DNA of 64,000 nt from Ructibacterium sp. (GTDB lineage: Bacteria > Bacillota > Clostridia > Monoglobales > Monoglobaceae): positions 2,200 to 66,199 of the forward strand of contig JAZSKV010000054.1 of assembly GCA_045534975.1 (NCBI GenBank), read 5' to 3'. A program made the position numbers and the translations under genes. Within the stretch, counting starts at the first letter, position 1, and every line of letters starts with the position of its first letter. This document shows, one piece after another, positions 26,819-37,221 of this stretch. A model generated the notes under the pieces. That model was not told the DNA's origin. It was given only the letters and a program-made list of their open reading frames with translations, and made no database searches.

Positions 26819-26916
26819 ATCAAATACCTCCTATGAAATTTATAGGTAGTATTTCCCAGATATGGTGGTTTCTATACATACAAAAAGCAAGTGCTTTGCA
26901 CTTGCTTTTTGTATTC

Positions 26917-28770
26917 TTACTGGTTCATTAGATTCTGAATCCGGTGCATAAACAAAGCAACTTCAATCCGGGTTGCATTGCCTTGAGGATTCACCCATCC
27001 GTCGCCATAGCCGGACATCAATCCTGCACCAACACAACCCGCCACGGCATCCCGGGCATAAAAATCAATGGAATCCTTGTCCAGAAATTGGTTCAAAACA
27101 CCTGTGTTTGGAATCGCTGTCAATACACCCTCTTTTTGTAATACCCGATAAGCCAGCGTCGCCATATCCTGGCGTTTGATTTTGTTATCCGGATCAAAGC
27201 GGTTGTTTCCATATCCCTCCGCAATACCAAGGGCTTTGGCAACACCAATTTCCTGGTAATAATAGGATCCGGGATATACATCAGCAAAGTTATCCTCAAA
27301 GGTTGCCGTCTTACCTAAAACACGTAACAAAAGCACTGTATTATCTGCTCTTGTGATATAGGAATCCGGGTCAAACTCTGTCTCGCTGACACCACGAATA
27401 ATGCCTTGCGATGCCAGAGCGTTGACTGCATCCATTGCCCACCAGTAATCCAACATATCGGTAAATTGATTCACATAGGCATCTCCCAAAGGTTTCTCTG
27501 TCTGGGCAGGGCCTGCCAGGGGCTTTGATACCTCAACTGCCTCTTCGTCTACCGTCACATCCCCATTCATTTCCTGCATCAACTGATAAATAGACGGATT
27601 ATCCACAAAGGTATGATAAGTGAACATACAATAACCATCGATATTTTCATTGTTGCGGCCAAGGGTAATGTGCTTTTCTAGTTCCTCGATCCCATTCTCT
27701 CCGGTCCATGCCGGCAAGGTGCTAGTTGTCGTTCTGTAAGCACCCTCTCCAATATAGAGAGCAACATCGGTGCCGTCAACCAAATCAGACCACCAATCGC
27801 ACAGCGTCGTATAATCAGCCAGTTCGTGACCGATATTCCAATAAACCTGAGGCATGATATAATCTACCCAACCGTTTTCAACCCAGGCTTTGGAATCTGC
27901 ATAAATCTTACTATAAGAACCACCGCCGTTGGTATTACTACCACCAGGCACCTCAGAGGCATTCGCCCAGATACCACGGGGACTGATACCAAACACAATG
28001 TCCGGATTTGCCTTATGTACAGCCACATCCATTTCCTGCACTAATTGATTTACCATGGCTCTACGCCAATCTCCCCGATCGGGATATTGGTCTTGATAAA
28101 ACGAATAAGTACTGTCATCATTAAACGCATCTTCCGGATAGAAATAGTCATCCATATGCAGGCCGTCTACATCATAGTTTTCAATGATTTCCATCGCGCC
28201 GTCTACAATCAGTTTGATAGACGCGCTGTCGCCGGGATTATAATACATTTTCCCGTTTTCGTCTGTCAAAACCATTTCCGGATGCAATACTGCCGGATTG
28301 TTTGCCGCGAGTCCATCACGATCCGCCGATGATGTGGTAATCCGATAGGGGTTAATCCAAGCATGAAGTTCCATATCCCGGGCATGGGCTTCTTCTACTG
28401 CAAATGCAAGCGGGTCAAAATTATCATCCGGGGCAACGCCTTGGGTTCCGGTCAAATACCGGGACCAGGGAAAAATCTCTGACTGATAAAAGGCATCCCC
28501 GGTAGGACGAACTTGGAAAAAGACTGTATTAAAGCCCATTTCCTTGCAGTTTTCTAAAATGGTAATCATATCTTTTTTCAACACATCTGCATCCGTGGTC
28601 TGCTGGGAGGGATAGTCAATATTGGTTACCGTAGAAACCCAAACACCACGCAACTCACTTTTCTTCGCAAAAACAGTATCCTCTGCCACCGGATAAAACA
28701 CCCCTATGGAAACAGCGGCACAGATGAACAAAGCAATCATGCGCAAAGAAAAATTATATTTTTTCAGCAT
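26917..28770 (-). CDS. Secreted glycoside hydrolase family 10-like (DUF187/YngK-type) protein with three S-layer homology domains
   Basis: Signal peptide; ELRGVWVSTVTNIDYP, FQVRP, HAWINPYR, DGLHMDDYFYP; C-terminal SLH repeats (ITRAD, IKRQD, ATRIE). Confidence 0.85.
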   Translation of the reverse strand: MLKKYNFSLRMIALFICAAVSIGVFYPVAEDTVFAKKSELRGVWVSTVTNIDYPSQQTTDADVLKKDMITILENCKEMGFNTVFFQVRPTGDAFYQSEIFPWSRYLTGTQGVAPDDNFDPLAFAVEEAHARDMELHAWINPYRITTSSADRDGLAANNPAVLHPEMVLTDENGKMYYNPGDSASIKLIVDGAMEIIENYDVDGLHMDDYFYPEDAFNDDSTYSFYQDQYPDRGDWRRAMVNQLVQEMDVAVHKANPDIVFGISPRGIWANASEVPGGSNTNGGGSYSKIYADSKAWVENGWVDYIMPQVYWNIGHELADYTTLCDWWSDLVDGTDVALYIGEGAYRTTTSTLPAWTGENGIEELEKHITLGRNNENIDGYCMFTYHTFVDNPSIYQLMQEMNGDVTVDEEAVEVSKPLAGPAQTEKPLGDAYVNQFTDMLDYWWAMDAVNALASQGIIRGVSETEFDPDSYITRADNTVLLLRVLGKTATFEDNFADVYPGSYYYQEIGVAKALGIAEGYGNNRFDPDNKIKRQDMATLAYRVLQKEGVLTAIPNTGVLNQFLDKDSIDFYARDAVAGCVGAGLMSGYGDGWVNPQGNATRIEVALFMHRIQNLMNQ

Positions 28771-28947
28771 AGAGAATCACCCCTTTATTCTTAAAAGCAC
28801 GGAAAACGTTTTTAGGTCTTGTCCTATTCTTATGTTTGTTTCTTGATAAAAATGTTATTTTCCGGCACAAACAAAAGACATTCTACCATACCCCTTGTAA
28901 AAATGTCAATCATTGCCACAAGTTCTTAACACATCTGTAAGAATCCA

Positions 28948-30105
28948 TTATCGCTTTACCCTTACATAACCGGTTCTTTCAATAATCGATTGTCCTTCTT
29001 CAGACAATATCCAGTCAATCAACTTGTCTACATTCTCGTTATCATTTTCTGCGTAGGTCACCGCATACAAAGGCCCAACAATAGGATAACTGCCATTTTC
29101 AATATTTTCCACCGTTGGCTGGATGCCATCAATGGCAATCATCTTAATATCCGGATTTTTAATAATACCCTCCAAATAATAACGGAAAGAAAATCCAATA
29201 GACCCTGACTTGCTCTTATAATCTGCGACCTGTTCTATAATGCCTGACATCAAGTCATTAACCATTTTTGTAGGGGGTTCCATAATGGGGGTATCTCTCA
29301 TGAACCGTTTCAGCGTACTCTGGCTTCCGCTTCCCTCATTTCTCTGGAAAGCGGCAATCCGCTCATTGTTACCGCCAACTTCTTTCCAATTTGTAATTTC
29401 TCCGGAATAAATACCCTTAATCTGCTGGGTTGTTAAACTCTCGATAGGATTATCCTTATGGACAAAAAATACAAAGGCATCCGCCCCGATCGGTGTATAT
29501 TCGAAGGTTGTTCCCAGTTTCTTTGCCTCATCAATTTGTTCCTGGGATGGGTAGGCGCCAAAGAAAATATCTGTTTCTTTCATGCCAAGATAATAATAAC
29601 CAGAAGAAGTATTGTTATACTCAAAAACCCCGTCGTTAAGTCTTGTGGTATTAGGGTAAACTGCATTGACAAAGGCAGAATAGACAGGGAATACCGCCGC
29701 TGCACCATCGACGATTGGCAAATCTTCTTCCAACTTCAATGTTTGGCTATCCACTTTAACAATTTTGCTGTCATCTCGAAAAGGCAAGTATTCGCGTACA
29801 GGAATATTAGGCGTTACATTAATGGTAATACTGTCTTGGTATCTAACAATTCCATAATCGACAACCAGAGCGATTAAAACCACTGCACCAAAGACACTCC
29901 ACCATTTCACATACCGCCAGCGTTTCCGCAGCCAAACCAGGGGAATCAATAAAGAAGGCAAGAGAAGCATCACCGGATAGTAGACTGCCATATGAATATC
30001 ATCTGCCGAAAAGATAAAACCCAAAAGCAACGCCGCAATCAAACTACAGTATAAAATCGCCGCTGTTGCCAGGATTTTTATGACTATCTCGAATATCTTA
30101 TTCAT
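28948..30105 (-). CDS. PstS-family substrate-binding protein with N-terminal TM helices
   Basis: DAFVFFVHKDNPIESLT..IKGIYSGEITNWKEVGG, QRNEGSGSQ, IDGIQPT..YP. Confidence 0.8.
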   Translation of the reverse strand: MNKIFEIVIKILATAAILYCSLIAALLLGFIFSADDIHMAVYYPVMLLLPSLLIPLVWLRKRWRYVKWWSVFGAVVLIALVVDYGIVRYQDSITINVTPNIPVREYLPFRDDSKIVKVDSQTLKLEEDLPIVDGAAAVFPVYSAFVNAVYPNTTRLNDGVFEYNNTSSGYYYLGMKETDIFFGAYPSQEQIDEAKKLGTTFEYTPIGADAFVFFVHKDNPIESLTTQQIKGIYSGEITNWKEVGGNNERIAAFQRNEGSGSQSTLKRFMRDTPIMEPPTKMVNDLMSGIIEQVADYKSKSGSIGFSFRYYLEGIIKNPDIKMIAIDGIQPTVENIENGSYPIVGPLYAVTYAENDNENVDKLIDWILSEEGQSIIERTGYVRVKR

Positions 30106-30130
30106 CTTCCTCCCCCTTTTCCTATCTTTT

Positions 30131-30667
30131 TTATTTACAGAAGTTGTCCAAGTAATTTTCCATTGCCGCTTGGATAATTTTTACCGCATCTTCCCGACCA
30201 CGAATTTCATCAACCGCAGTTTCTTTATTCTCTAAGTTCTTATATACCGAGAAGAAATGCTTCATTTCATCAAAAATATGTCTAGGCAGTTGGTCGATAT
30301 CGGTATACATATTATAGTTGGGGTCATTAAAAGGAATCGCAATAATTTTCTCATCCGCTCTTCCATTATCCACCATGGTTATGACACCGATCGGATATGC
30401 CCGAACCAAGGACATTGGTTCTAAGGGTTCTGCGCAAATCAAAAGCACATCTAAAGGGTCATTATCATCACCATAAGTCCGAGGGATAAACCCATAGTTT
30501 GCCGGATAGTGGGTAGAGGTATAAAGAATTCTGTCCAGCATAATGTAGCCGGTTTCTTTATCCAACTCATACTTTTTCTTACTTCCCTTAGAAATCTCAA
30601 TGACACAGATAAAATCTTCTGTGGTAATCCGTTTCGGGGAAATATCATGCCAGATATTATTTGCCAT
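30131..30667 (-). CDS. ppa: Family I inorganic pyrophosphatase
   Basis: IEISKGSKKKYELDK, YPANYGFIP, DNDPLD, DEK; start MANN at 30667. Confidence 0.93.
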   Translation of the reverse strand: MANNIWHDISPKRITTEDFICVIEISKGSKKKYELDKETGYIMLDRILYTSTHYPANYGFIPRTYGDDNDPLDVLLICAEPLEPMSLVRAYPIGVITMVDNGRADEKIIAIPFNDPNYNMYTDIDQLPRHIFDEMKHFFSVYKNLENKETAVDEIRGREDAVKIIQAAMENYLDNFCK

Positions 30668-31214
30668 TGTTATCCTCCTCTGTTTGGTAATTATGGACTT
30701 CATCTACCAACGTTTGAATATATTCTTGTTTGGTAAAATCTTCATTTGCATCACAAAGTTTCACCAATAATTTTTCCATTTCTGTGGGATTTTCTTTCGC
30801 AGACATTATTTTCTTCAAGGTTTTCAATGCGGCTTTATGAGGTAAGGAAAGTTCATCCATGATCATTTTCCCCAGAAAATTAAAAACCTTGACGTTATCC
30901 GGAATTCCCTGCTTGAAATTCTTTTCTATCACCAGTTTATCGTAATATTCCCGACACTCCATGGGGGTAATTCCGGTTGTATAAATGATAATTTTTTTAT
31001 CCTGCAACACATCCAGGTTTTTGATAATAAAATTTGCCCCGTTGATAACTTCTGCATACAAACCGCCACCATAAATAATCACATCATAGGAGAGTAAATC
31101 CTCCATCTCGATCTCTTTACTCTCGTATGCTTGGCATCCAAGTTCTTCTGCAATCCACTTAGCATAGGTTTTGGTAGAACCATATTTTGACTTATAAAGA
31201 ACGATACATTTCAT
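30657..31214 (-). CDS. Flavodoxin-domain protein
   Basis: YKSKYGSTKTYAKWIAEEL, YGGGLYA; promoter TTGACA-17-TATAAT at 31299-31271. Confidence 0.85.
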   Translation of the reverse strand: MKCIVLYKSKYGSTKTYAKWIAEELGCQAYESKEIEMEDLLSYDVIIYGGGLYAEVINGANFIIKNLDVLQDKKIIIYTTGITPMECREYYDKLVIEKNFKQGIPDNVKVFNFLGKMIMDELSLPHKAALKTLKKIMSAKENPTEMEKLLVKLCDANEDFTKQEYIQTLVDEVHNYQTEEDNNGK

Positions 31215-31342
31215 TCTATCACCTCATATTATATTTAGTCCAAACCTGTTGTGGATAGAAGTCTTTCTCTATTATAATACCTAAAAAAATCTTTGTCAAA
31301 TACAGATATTAGCAAAGGACGGCAGATGCCGTCCTTTCTATC

Positions 31343-32293
31343 CTATTTCTTCATTGCAATGGCAGCCTTTGCCTTTTCTGCGATGCTTTTTGCATCAAGG
31401 CCGTACATTTCTAAGAGAACGTTGGGTTTTCCGCTCTTACCAAAGACATCTTCTGTTCCTACCCGAAGCATAGGTACCGGAACAGTTTCGCACAATACCT
31501 CTGCCACAGCAGACCCCAGACCGCCAATGATATTATGTTCTTCGGCAGTGACAATCGCACCAGTTTCCTTTGCCGCTTTCACAATAATATCTTTGTCGAT
31601 TGGCTTGATGGACGCCATATTGATAACCCTTGCAGAGATTCCTTGTTCTGCGAGAATCTTCTTTGCTTCCAATGCCGCCGGAACCATCAAACCCGTCCCG
31701 ATTAAGGTAACTTCAGTGCCATCTTCTAACATAACACCTTTACCGATTTCAAACTGATAACTCTCATCAAAGATGGTAGGTACCGCTAACCGACCAAAAC
31801 GCAGATAGACTGGGCCATTATGTTCAATCGCCGCTTTCACTGCAAGGCGGGACTCTGTGGCATCTGCCGGATTTAAGATAATCATGCCCGGAATGGTCCG
31901 CATAATACCGATATCCTCTAAGCATTGATGGGTTGCACCATCTTCACCAACTGAAATACCGGCATGGGTTGCGCCAATTTTTACATTCAAGTGGGGATAG
32001 CCAATGGAATTGCGGATTTGCTCAAAAGCACGACCCGCCGCAAACATCGCAAAAGAACTGGCAAACACCGTCTTTCCGCAAGAGGCAAGACCTGCCGCTA
32101 CAGCCATCATATTTCCCTCAGCAATACCGGAATTGATAAACCGCTCCGGATATGCCTTTTTAAAGCCGTCTGTCTTGGTAGATTTAGAAAGGTCCGCATC
32201 CAAAACAATAATATTTTCATCTGCACCGAATTCCACTAAGGCGTTTCCATAAGCCTCCCTGGTGGCAATTTTTTCTCCGATTTGATAACTCAT
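31343..32293 (-). CDS. Transketolase, C-terminal (pyrimidine-binding) subunit
   Basis: DADLSKST, GIAEGNM, GEDGATHQ, EEHNIIGGLGS. Confidence 0.92.
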   Translation of the reverse strand: MSYQIGEKIATREAYGNALVEFGADENIIVLDADLSKSTKTDGFKKAYPERFINSGIAEGNMMAVAAGLASCGKTVFASSFAMFAAGRAFEQIRNSIGYPHLNVKIGATHAGISVGEDGATHQCLEDIGIMRTIPGMIILNPADATESRLAVKAAIEHNGPVYLRFGRLAVPTIFDESYQFEIGKGVMLEDGTEVTLIGTGLMVPAALEAKKILAEQGISARVINMASIKPIDKDIIVKAAKETGAIVTAEEHNIIGGLGSAVAEVLCETVPVPMLRVGTEDVFGKSGKPNVLLEMYGLDAKSIAEKAKAAIAMKK

Positions 32294-33141
32294 TCTGCCA
32301 CACCTCCCAATTCATTTAAGTAAGCATCCAGTTCTGCAATCGCCTGTTCATACTGCTCCTGATTGGGTGCCGCACCATGCCATCCGGCCTGGTTTTCCAT
32401 ATAGGATACGCCACGGCCTTTGATGGTTTTTGCAAGTATCAGCGTGGGCTTTCCTTTGGTGTTCTTTGCCTCTTCTACGGCTTTGGCAATCTGGTTAAAG
32501 TCATGACCATCAATGGTGATAACATGCCAGTTAAATGCTTCAAACTTCTGATCAATGGGGGTGGGGTTCATAACCTCTGTGACATCACCGTCAATTTGCA
32601 ACCCGTTAAAATCAAGAAACGCTGTCAGGTTGTCCAGTTTATAATGGGCAGCAAACATGGCCGCTTCCCAGACCTGACCTTCTTCGATTTCACCATCGCC
32701 TAAGACGGCAAAGACACGATAATCTTTCTCATCGATTTTAGCCGCTTTTGCCATACCGGCTGCAGCGCTGATTCCCTGACCCAAAGAACCGGTGGACATA
32801 TCAACACCGGGAACGCCCTTCATATCCGGATGGCCTTGCAGATAACTGTCTGCCCGGCGGAAGGTTTTAATATCCTCCTTGGGCAAAATTCCTACCTCTG
32901 CCAGAACGCCATAAAGAGCAGGGGAACAATGTCCCTTTGATAGAACAAAACGATCTCGATCCGGATTTTTAGGATTTTTAACATCCACATTCATTTCTGT
33001 TGTATATAAATATGTAAGAATATCCGCCGCAGATAAAGACCCGCCCGGATGTCCTGCACCTGCGCTGTATACGGCTTCCAATGCCATTTTGCGCACATGG
33101 GTTGCATGAATTTGTAATGCTTTTACCTGTTCTGCATTCAT
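32290..33141 (-). CDS. Transketolase, N-terminal (TPP-binding) subunit
   Basis: GHPGGSLS, LSKGH, STGSLGQG, GDGE..EGQVWEA. Confidence 0.92.
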   Translation of the reverse strand: MNAEQVKALQIHATHVRKMALEAVYSAGAGHPGGSLSAADILTYLYTTEMNVDVKNPKNPDRDRFVLSKGHCSPALYGVLAEVGILPKEDIKTFRRADSYLQGHPDMKGVPGVDMSTGSLGQGISAAAGMAKAAKIDEKDYRVFAVLGDGEIEEGQVWEAAMFAAHYKLDNLTAFLDFNGLQIDGDVTEVMNPTPIDQKFEAFNWHVITIDGHDFNQIAKAVEEAKNTKGKPTLILAKTIKGRGVSYMENQAGWHGAAPNQEQYEQAIAELDAYLNELGGVAE

Positions 33142-33179
33142 AACACCTGAACCTCCACTACTATATTAATTTTCCATTG

Positions 33180-34016
33180 TTATTCCACTTTAAATCCTTT
33201 ACCCAGAACCTCCCTGGCATCGGAAACAATCACAAAAGCATCGCCGTCGATTTCATGAACCACTTGTTTCAGTTTTGGTAGTTCCACTTTACGAATCACA
33301 CAAAACAAAACTTGTCTGCTTTTGCCTGTATAAAAAGACACCGATTCAAGACCGGTAACACCCCGCCGCATATCCTTATAAATTCCTTGGGAAATTTCTG
33401 CTGCATGTTCAGATATAATATAAACCATCTGGGCATAGTCCACACCGGTTAAAATAGCGTCAATCACCTTGCTGGTAACAAATAGGGTAATTCCTGAATA
33501 TAAGATGACTTCCCATTGCTGAAAAACAAACCCTGCCAGGGAAATCACCAATCCGTCAACCAAAAGGAAAAACTGTCCCACAGAGAAAGCAGGAAAACGT
33601 TTTTTAAGGAGCAAAACCATAATATCGGTACCGCCGGTTGTCCCATTGACAGAGAGAACCATGCCAAGTCCCAGTCCCATACTTGCACCGCCGATCAGCG
33701 CTGCAAGCAACGGGTCCTCCGTCATTGCCGGAATTCCGGAAAAGGCTTGGGTAGATAAGGATAGTGCCAGCATTCCAATCAAAGAATAGAACAAAAATCG
33801 CTTGGAAAAATGCACAAGCCCAAGGATAAAAAGGGGAAGATTGATAAGCAAAATCAAAAAACCTACACCTATCCCACTCAAATGATTTAACACCATAGCA
33901 ATACCGCTGACGCCGCCGGCAGTAATATGCAACGGAATCAGAAAAAGTTGTAGGGCTGCCCCCATAATAATCGCACCCGCAACTGTAAAGATTCCCTTTT
34001 TCCATTTTTCGTACAT
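33180..34016 (-). CDS. YitT family membrane protein
   Basis: GGVSGIA, INLPLF, GTTGGTD, C-terminal DUF2179 (D..AF..V....EV.G.GF). Confidence 0.88.
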   Translation of the reverse strand: MYEKWKKGIFTVAGAIIMGAALQLFLIPLHITAGGVSGIAMVLNHLSGIGVGFLILLINLPLFILGLVHFSKRFLFYSLIGMLALSLSTQAFSGIPAMTEDPLLAALIGGASMGLGLGMVLSVNGTTGGTDIMVLLLKKRFPAFSVGQFFLLVDGLVISLAGFVFQQWEVILYSGITLFVTSKVIDAILTGVDYAQMVYIISEHAAEISQGIYKDMRRGVTGLESVSFYTGKSRQVLFCVIRKVELPKLKQVVHEIDGDAFVIVSDAREVLGKGFKVE

Positions 34017-34053
34017 AGCATCACATCCTATCTGCAATATGTACGAAAAGCAA

Positions 34054-34455
34054 TTAGCGGAACAAATATTCCATAAGTTCAGAAATGCGATCGATATTAT
34101 TCTTCAGATAGAGATAACCAATCAGGGTTTCTACCCCTGTGGCAATCCGATAATCAGAAACCGAGGCATTTTTCGGCGGACGGGAATTGGTATTCCGCCC
34201 CCGATGATAAACCGCCTGTTCTTCTTCTGTCAGTATACCCTCAATCTTATGATAAAATTCTGCTTGTGCAGAAGCGCAAACAAATTTGGTTGCCTGCTTA
34301 TGCAAGGCATTGACCTTTTGGTCTGTCTGGCTAATCAGGAAACTGCGGACATAGACTTCGTAAATGCTATCGCCAAGATAGGCAAGGGATAATGCACCAT
34401 ACTGATTGGTGGGAAGAAACTCTCCCTGAAAACTCTTTTTAATTTCTTCAAGCAT
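34054..34455 (-). CDS. mrnC: Mini-ribonuclease III
   Basis: LAYLGDSIYEVYVR, RGRN, ATGVETLIGYLYL; follows cysS. Confidence 0.92.
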   Translation of the reverse strand: MLEEIKKSFQGEFLPTNQYGALSLAYLGDSIYEVYVRSFLISQTDQKVNALHKQATKFVCASAQAEFYHKIEGILTEEEQAVYHRGRNTNSRPPKNASVSDYRIATGVETLIGYLYLKNNIDRISELMEYLFR

Positions 34456-34468
34456 AGATTTTCCTTCT

Positions 34469-35884
34469 TTAAATCCGTTTCAGTTGCTGCCCCTGAGGCG
34501 TATCCTTAACCTCATAACCTTTTTCCCGCAGGGTATCACGAAGTTCATCGGACACGGCCCAATTCTTCTCACTTCTCGCCTTAGCACGCTGGTCTAAGAG
34601 TTCCTGAATTTCATCAGACAAAACATCCTCTTCTTTTTTCTGCAATAATCCTAAAACGCCGCCAAGTTCACGAATCATAGCCGCAGCCTGCGTGATTACA
34701 GATGCCGCCGTACCGCTTTCAGCAGTAATTGCTTTGTTGACAGCCGCAACCATCTCAAAGATAACTGAAATCGCATCAGCAGTATTTAAATCATCATCCA
34801 TGGCTGCCACAAACTTTTCTTTGTATCCATGCAGTTGTTCCAGCAACGCCTTTTCCTCCGCATTCTCTTCCCGCTCCGGGGCAGATGCCAAGAAAAAGTC
34901 CATAGACGAAAGACAGGTCTTGATCCGTTCTAATCCGGATTTTGCGGATTCCATTAAATCTTTGCTAAAATTGATAGGGCTCCGATAATGGGCTGAAAGC
35001 ATAAAGAAGCGAATAACTTCATAATCAAATTCCTTGGCAACATCACGAACAGTAAAGAAGTTACCTAAGGATTTGGACATTTTTCTGTTATCTACATTAA
35101 TGTAGCCATTGTGTACCCAATAGTTTGCAAACTGACAGCAATTTGCCGCCTCGCTCTGGGCAATCTCATTTTCATGATGAGGAAAAATCAAATCCTGACC
35201 ACCGCTATGAATATCAATAGTCTTACCAAGATAAGTATTCGCCATGGCACTACATTCGATATGCCAACCCGGTCTTCCCATGCCCCAGGGGCTTTCCCAT
35301 GCAGGTTCACCCGGTTTTTGCTTTTTCCAAAGCGCAAAATCCATAGGGTCACGCTTATCAGTATTGACGTCAATCCGAGCGCCACTTTCCAAATCCTCTA
35401 AAGGCTGGTGAGAGAGTTTTCCATACTCATCAAACTTTTTGGTGCTGTAATAGACGTCGCCGTCTACGTTATAGGCATAGCCTTTTTCAATCAAATCAGC
35501 CACCAATTTGATAATGGCCTCAATATTCTCCGTGGCTCTGGGATGTACCGTAGCCTCCCGGATACCAAGACCTTTTGCATCGGTAAAATATTCGGCAATA
35601 TATTGGTCCGCCAATTCCTTAACGGTAATACCAAGTTCGTTGGCCTTATTAATCATTTTATCGTCAACGTCCGTAAAGTTCTGCACAAAACTAACGTCAT
35701 AGCCTTTGTACTCCAAATACCGTCGCAAGGTATCAAAGATAATAAAAGGACGAGCATTGCCAATATGGAAGAAATTATATACCGTGGGTCCACAGGAATA
35801 CATCTTTACCTTACCGGGCTCAACGCTATGAAATTCCTCTTTTTTTCTTGTTAAGGTATTATATAAATACAAATTACTTTCCAT
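34469..35884 (-). CDS. cysS: Cysteine-tRNA ligase
   Basis: CGPTVY..HIGNAR, GRPGWHIECSAM, KMSKS. Confidence 0.96.
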   Translation of the reverse strand: MESNLYLYNTLTRKKEEFHSVEPGKVKMYSCGPTVYNFFHIGNARPFIIFDTLRRYLEYKGYDVSFVQNFTDVDDKMINKANELGITVKELADQYIAEYFTDAKGLGIREATVHPRATENIEAIIKLVADLIEKGYAYNVDGDVYYSTKKFDEYGKLSHQPLEDLESGARIDVNTDKRDPMDFALWKKQKPGEPAWESPWGMGRPGWHIECSAMANTYLGKTIDIHSGGQDLIFPHHENEIAQSEAANCCQFANYWVHNGYINVDNRKMSKSLGNFFTVRDVAKEFDYEVIRFFMLSAHYRSPINFSKDLMESAKSGLERIKTCLSSMDFFLASAPEREENAEEKALLEQLHGYKEKFVAAMDDDLNTADAISVIFEMVAAVNKAITAESGTAASVITQAAAMIRELGGVLGLLQKKEEDVLSDEIQELLDQRAKARSEKNWAVSDELRDTLREKGYEVKDTPQGQQLKRI

Positions 35885-36551
35885 CTTGTTCCATCTCCTC
35901 CATTTTCTTTTTCATTCGTTCCAACTCAGCACGCAAACTGCAAAGTTCCATGGATACCGGGTCCGGAATATGAATCTGGTCCAAATCGGCAATGGGCTGC
36001 AGGGTCGGTTTTGCCGATGCCACCCGGACATTATCCCGTTTTACGATATGCGCCGGCACACCCACGCAAGTGCTGTTCGGAGGAATTTCGTTCAATACAA
36101 CAGCGTTAGCAGCAATCTTACTGTTATCCCCTACGGTAAAGGGACCTAAGATTTTCGCACCGCTGCCAATGGTTACGTTCTTTCCAATGGTTGGATGACG
36201 TTTCCCCTTATCTTTACCGGTACCACCCAAGGTAACACCCTGGTAAATGGTACAAAAGTCGCCAATCTCTGCGGTTTCACCAATGACCACGCCCATACCA
36301 TGGTCGATAAAAACACCTTTTCCTATCTTGGCAGACGGATGGATTTCAATCCCGGTTCTCGCTCTTGTTTTTTTGGAAATCCAATCTGCAATAAAATGAA
36401 ATCCTTTGCTATCTAACCAATGGGCAATCCGGTAATTGATCAGGGCGCGGACACCGGGATATAAGAAATAAACCTGCGCCTTGGATTTGGCAGCCGGGTC
36501 ACGTTCAAAAACGATATCCACTTCCTGTTTTACCATTGAAAAAATTCCCAT
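35874..36551 (-). CDS. cysE: Serine O-acetyltransferase
   Basis: TGIEIHPSA, FIDHGMGVVIGET, GKRHPTIG. Confidence 0.95.
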   Translation of the reverse strand: MGIFSMVKQEVDIVFERDPAAKSKAQVYFLYPGVRALINYRIAHWLDSKGFHFIADWISKKTRARTGIEIHPSAKIGKGVFIDHGMGVVIGETAEIGDFCTIYQGVTLGGTGKDKGKRHPTIGKNVTIGSGAKILGPFTVGDNSKIAANAVVLNEIPPNSTCVGVPAHIVKRDNVRVASAKPTLQPIADLDQIHIPDPVSMELCSLRAELERMKKKMEEMEQDGK

Positions 36552-36808
36552 AGATTCTCCCTCAATTCTGTTTTGCTAACATTGTATTTTCTCTTTATCA
36601 TTCCCTGTTTTTGCAAAACAGTATGCCTATTTTGGCATTTTCTATTATTTTAACATATTTTCTCGCAATAGTAAAGAAAAAAAGTGATAAATATTTCATC
36701 TTGATTTTTAAGAAAGATTGGCATATAATGATAACATATCCTATGCATCAATCTACCGTTTGGTATCTTGACCATTTTTTACCTAAGAGAAAGAAAGGAA
36801 TGATTTCC

Positions 36809-37186
36809 TTGAAAAAAATTATTGTTTTATTCCTGGTTCTGGCATCGTTATTTCTGCTATCTTCCTGCGGTTTTAATGAACTCCCTGGGTCTACTACAAG
36901 ACCCTTGCCAGACATCACCGTTATGCCGGATAATCCCAACACTACCGATGACCCAGATGCCTCTGACGAACCTGTGATAGATCCTGCTAACGATGAAAGA
37001 AATCAACCGGAAATGATTCGGGGCGAAATCGCCAATATGCTTCGGGATGCAGAGGAACTCATCAGCGAAGGCTTATACGATGATGCAAAAATGGTTTTAA
37101 GAGACCTCCGTTCCCGGAATTTAACTTCCGCTGAAAAGAAAAAAGTAGATGCTCTCCAATCCCGTATGATTACCATTAGTAACTAA
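36809..37186 (+). CDS. Hypothetical lipoprotein
   Basis: KK plus hydrophobic stretch plus lipobox LSSC; TTG start behind AAAGGA; promoter TTGATT-17-TATAAT at 36701-36729; terminator at 37186-37216. Confidence 0.7.
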   Translation: MKKIIVLFLVLASLFLLSSCGFNELPGSTTRPLPDITVMPDNPNTTDDPDASDEPVIDPANDERNQPEMIRGEIANMLRDAEELISEGLYDDAKMVLRDLRSRNLTSAEKKKVDALQSRMITISN

Positions 37187-37221
37187 AAAAGTTCGGTGCA
37201 TTGCACCGAACTTTTTCTTTT

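Noticed and set aside
31343-33141. Transketolase in two ORFs
   Set aside because: The split form is common in Clostridia and archaea; both halves are intact with overlapping stop/start, so it is not a frameshift.
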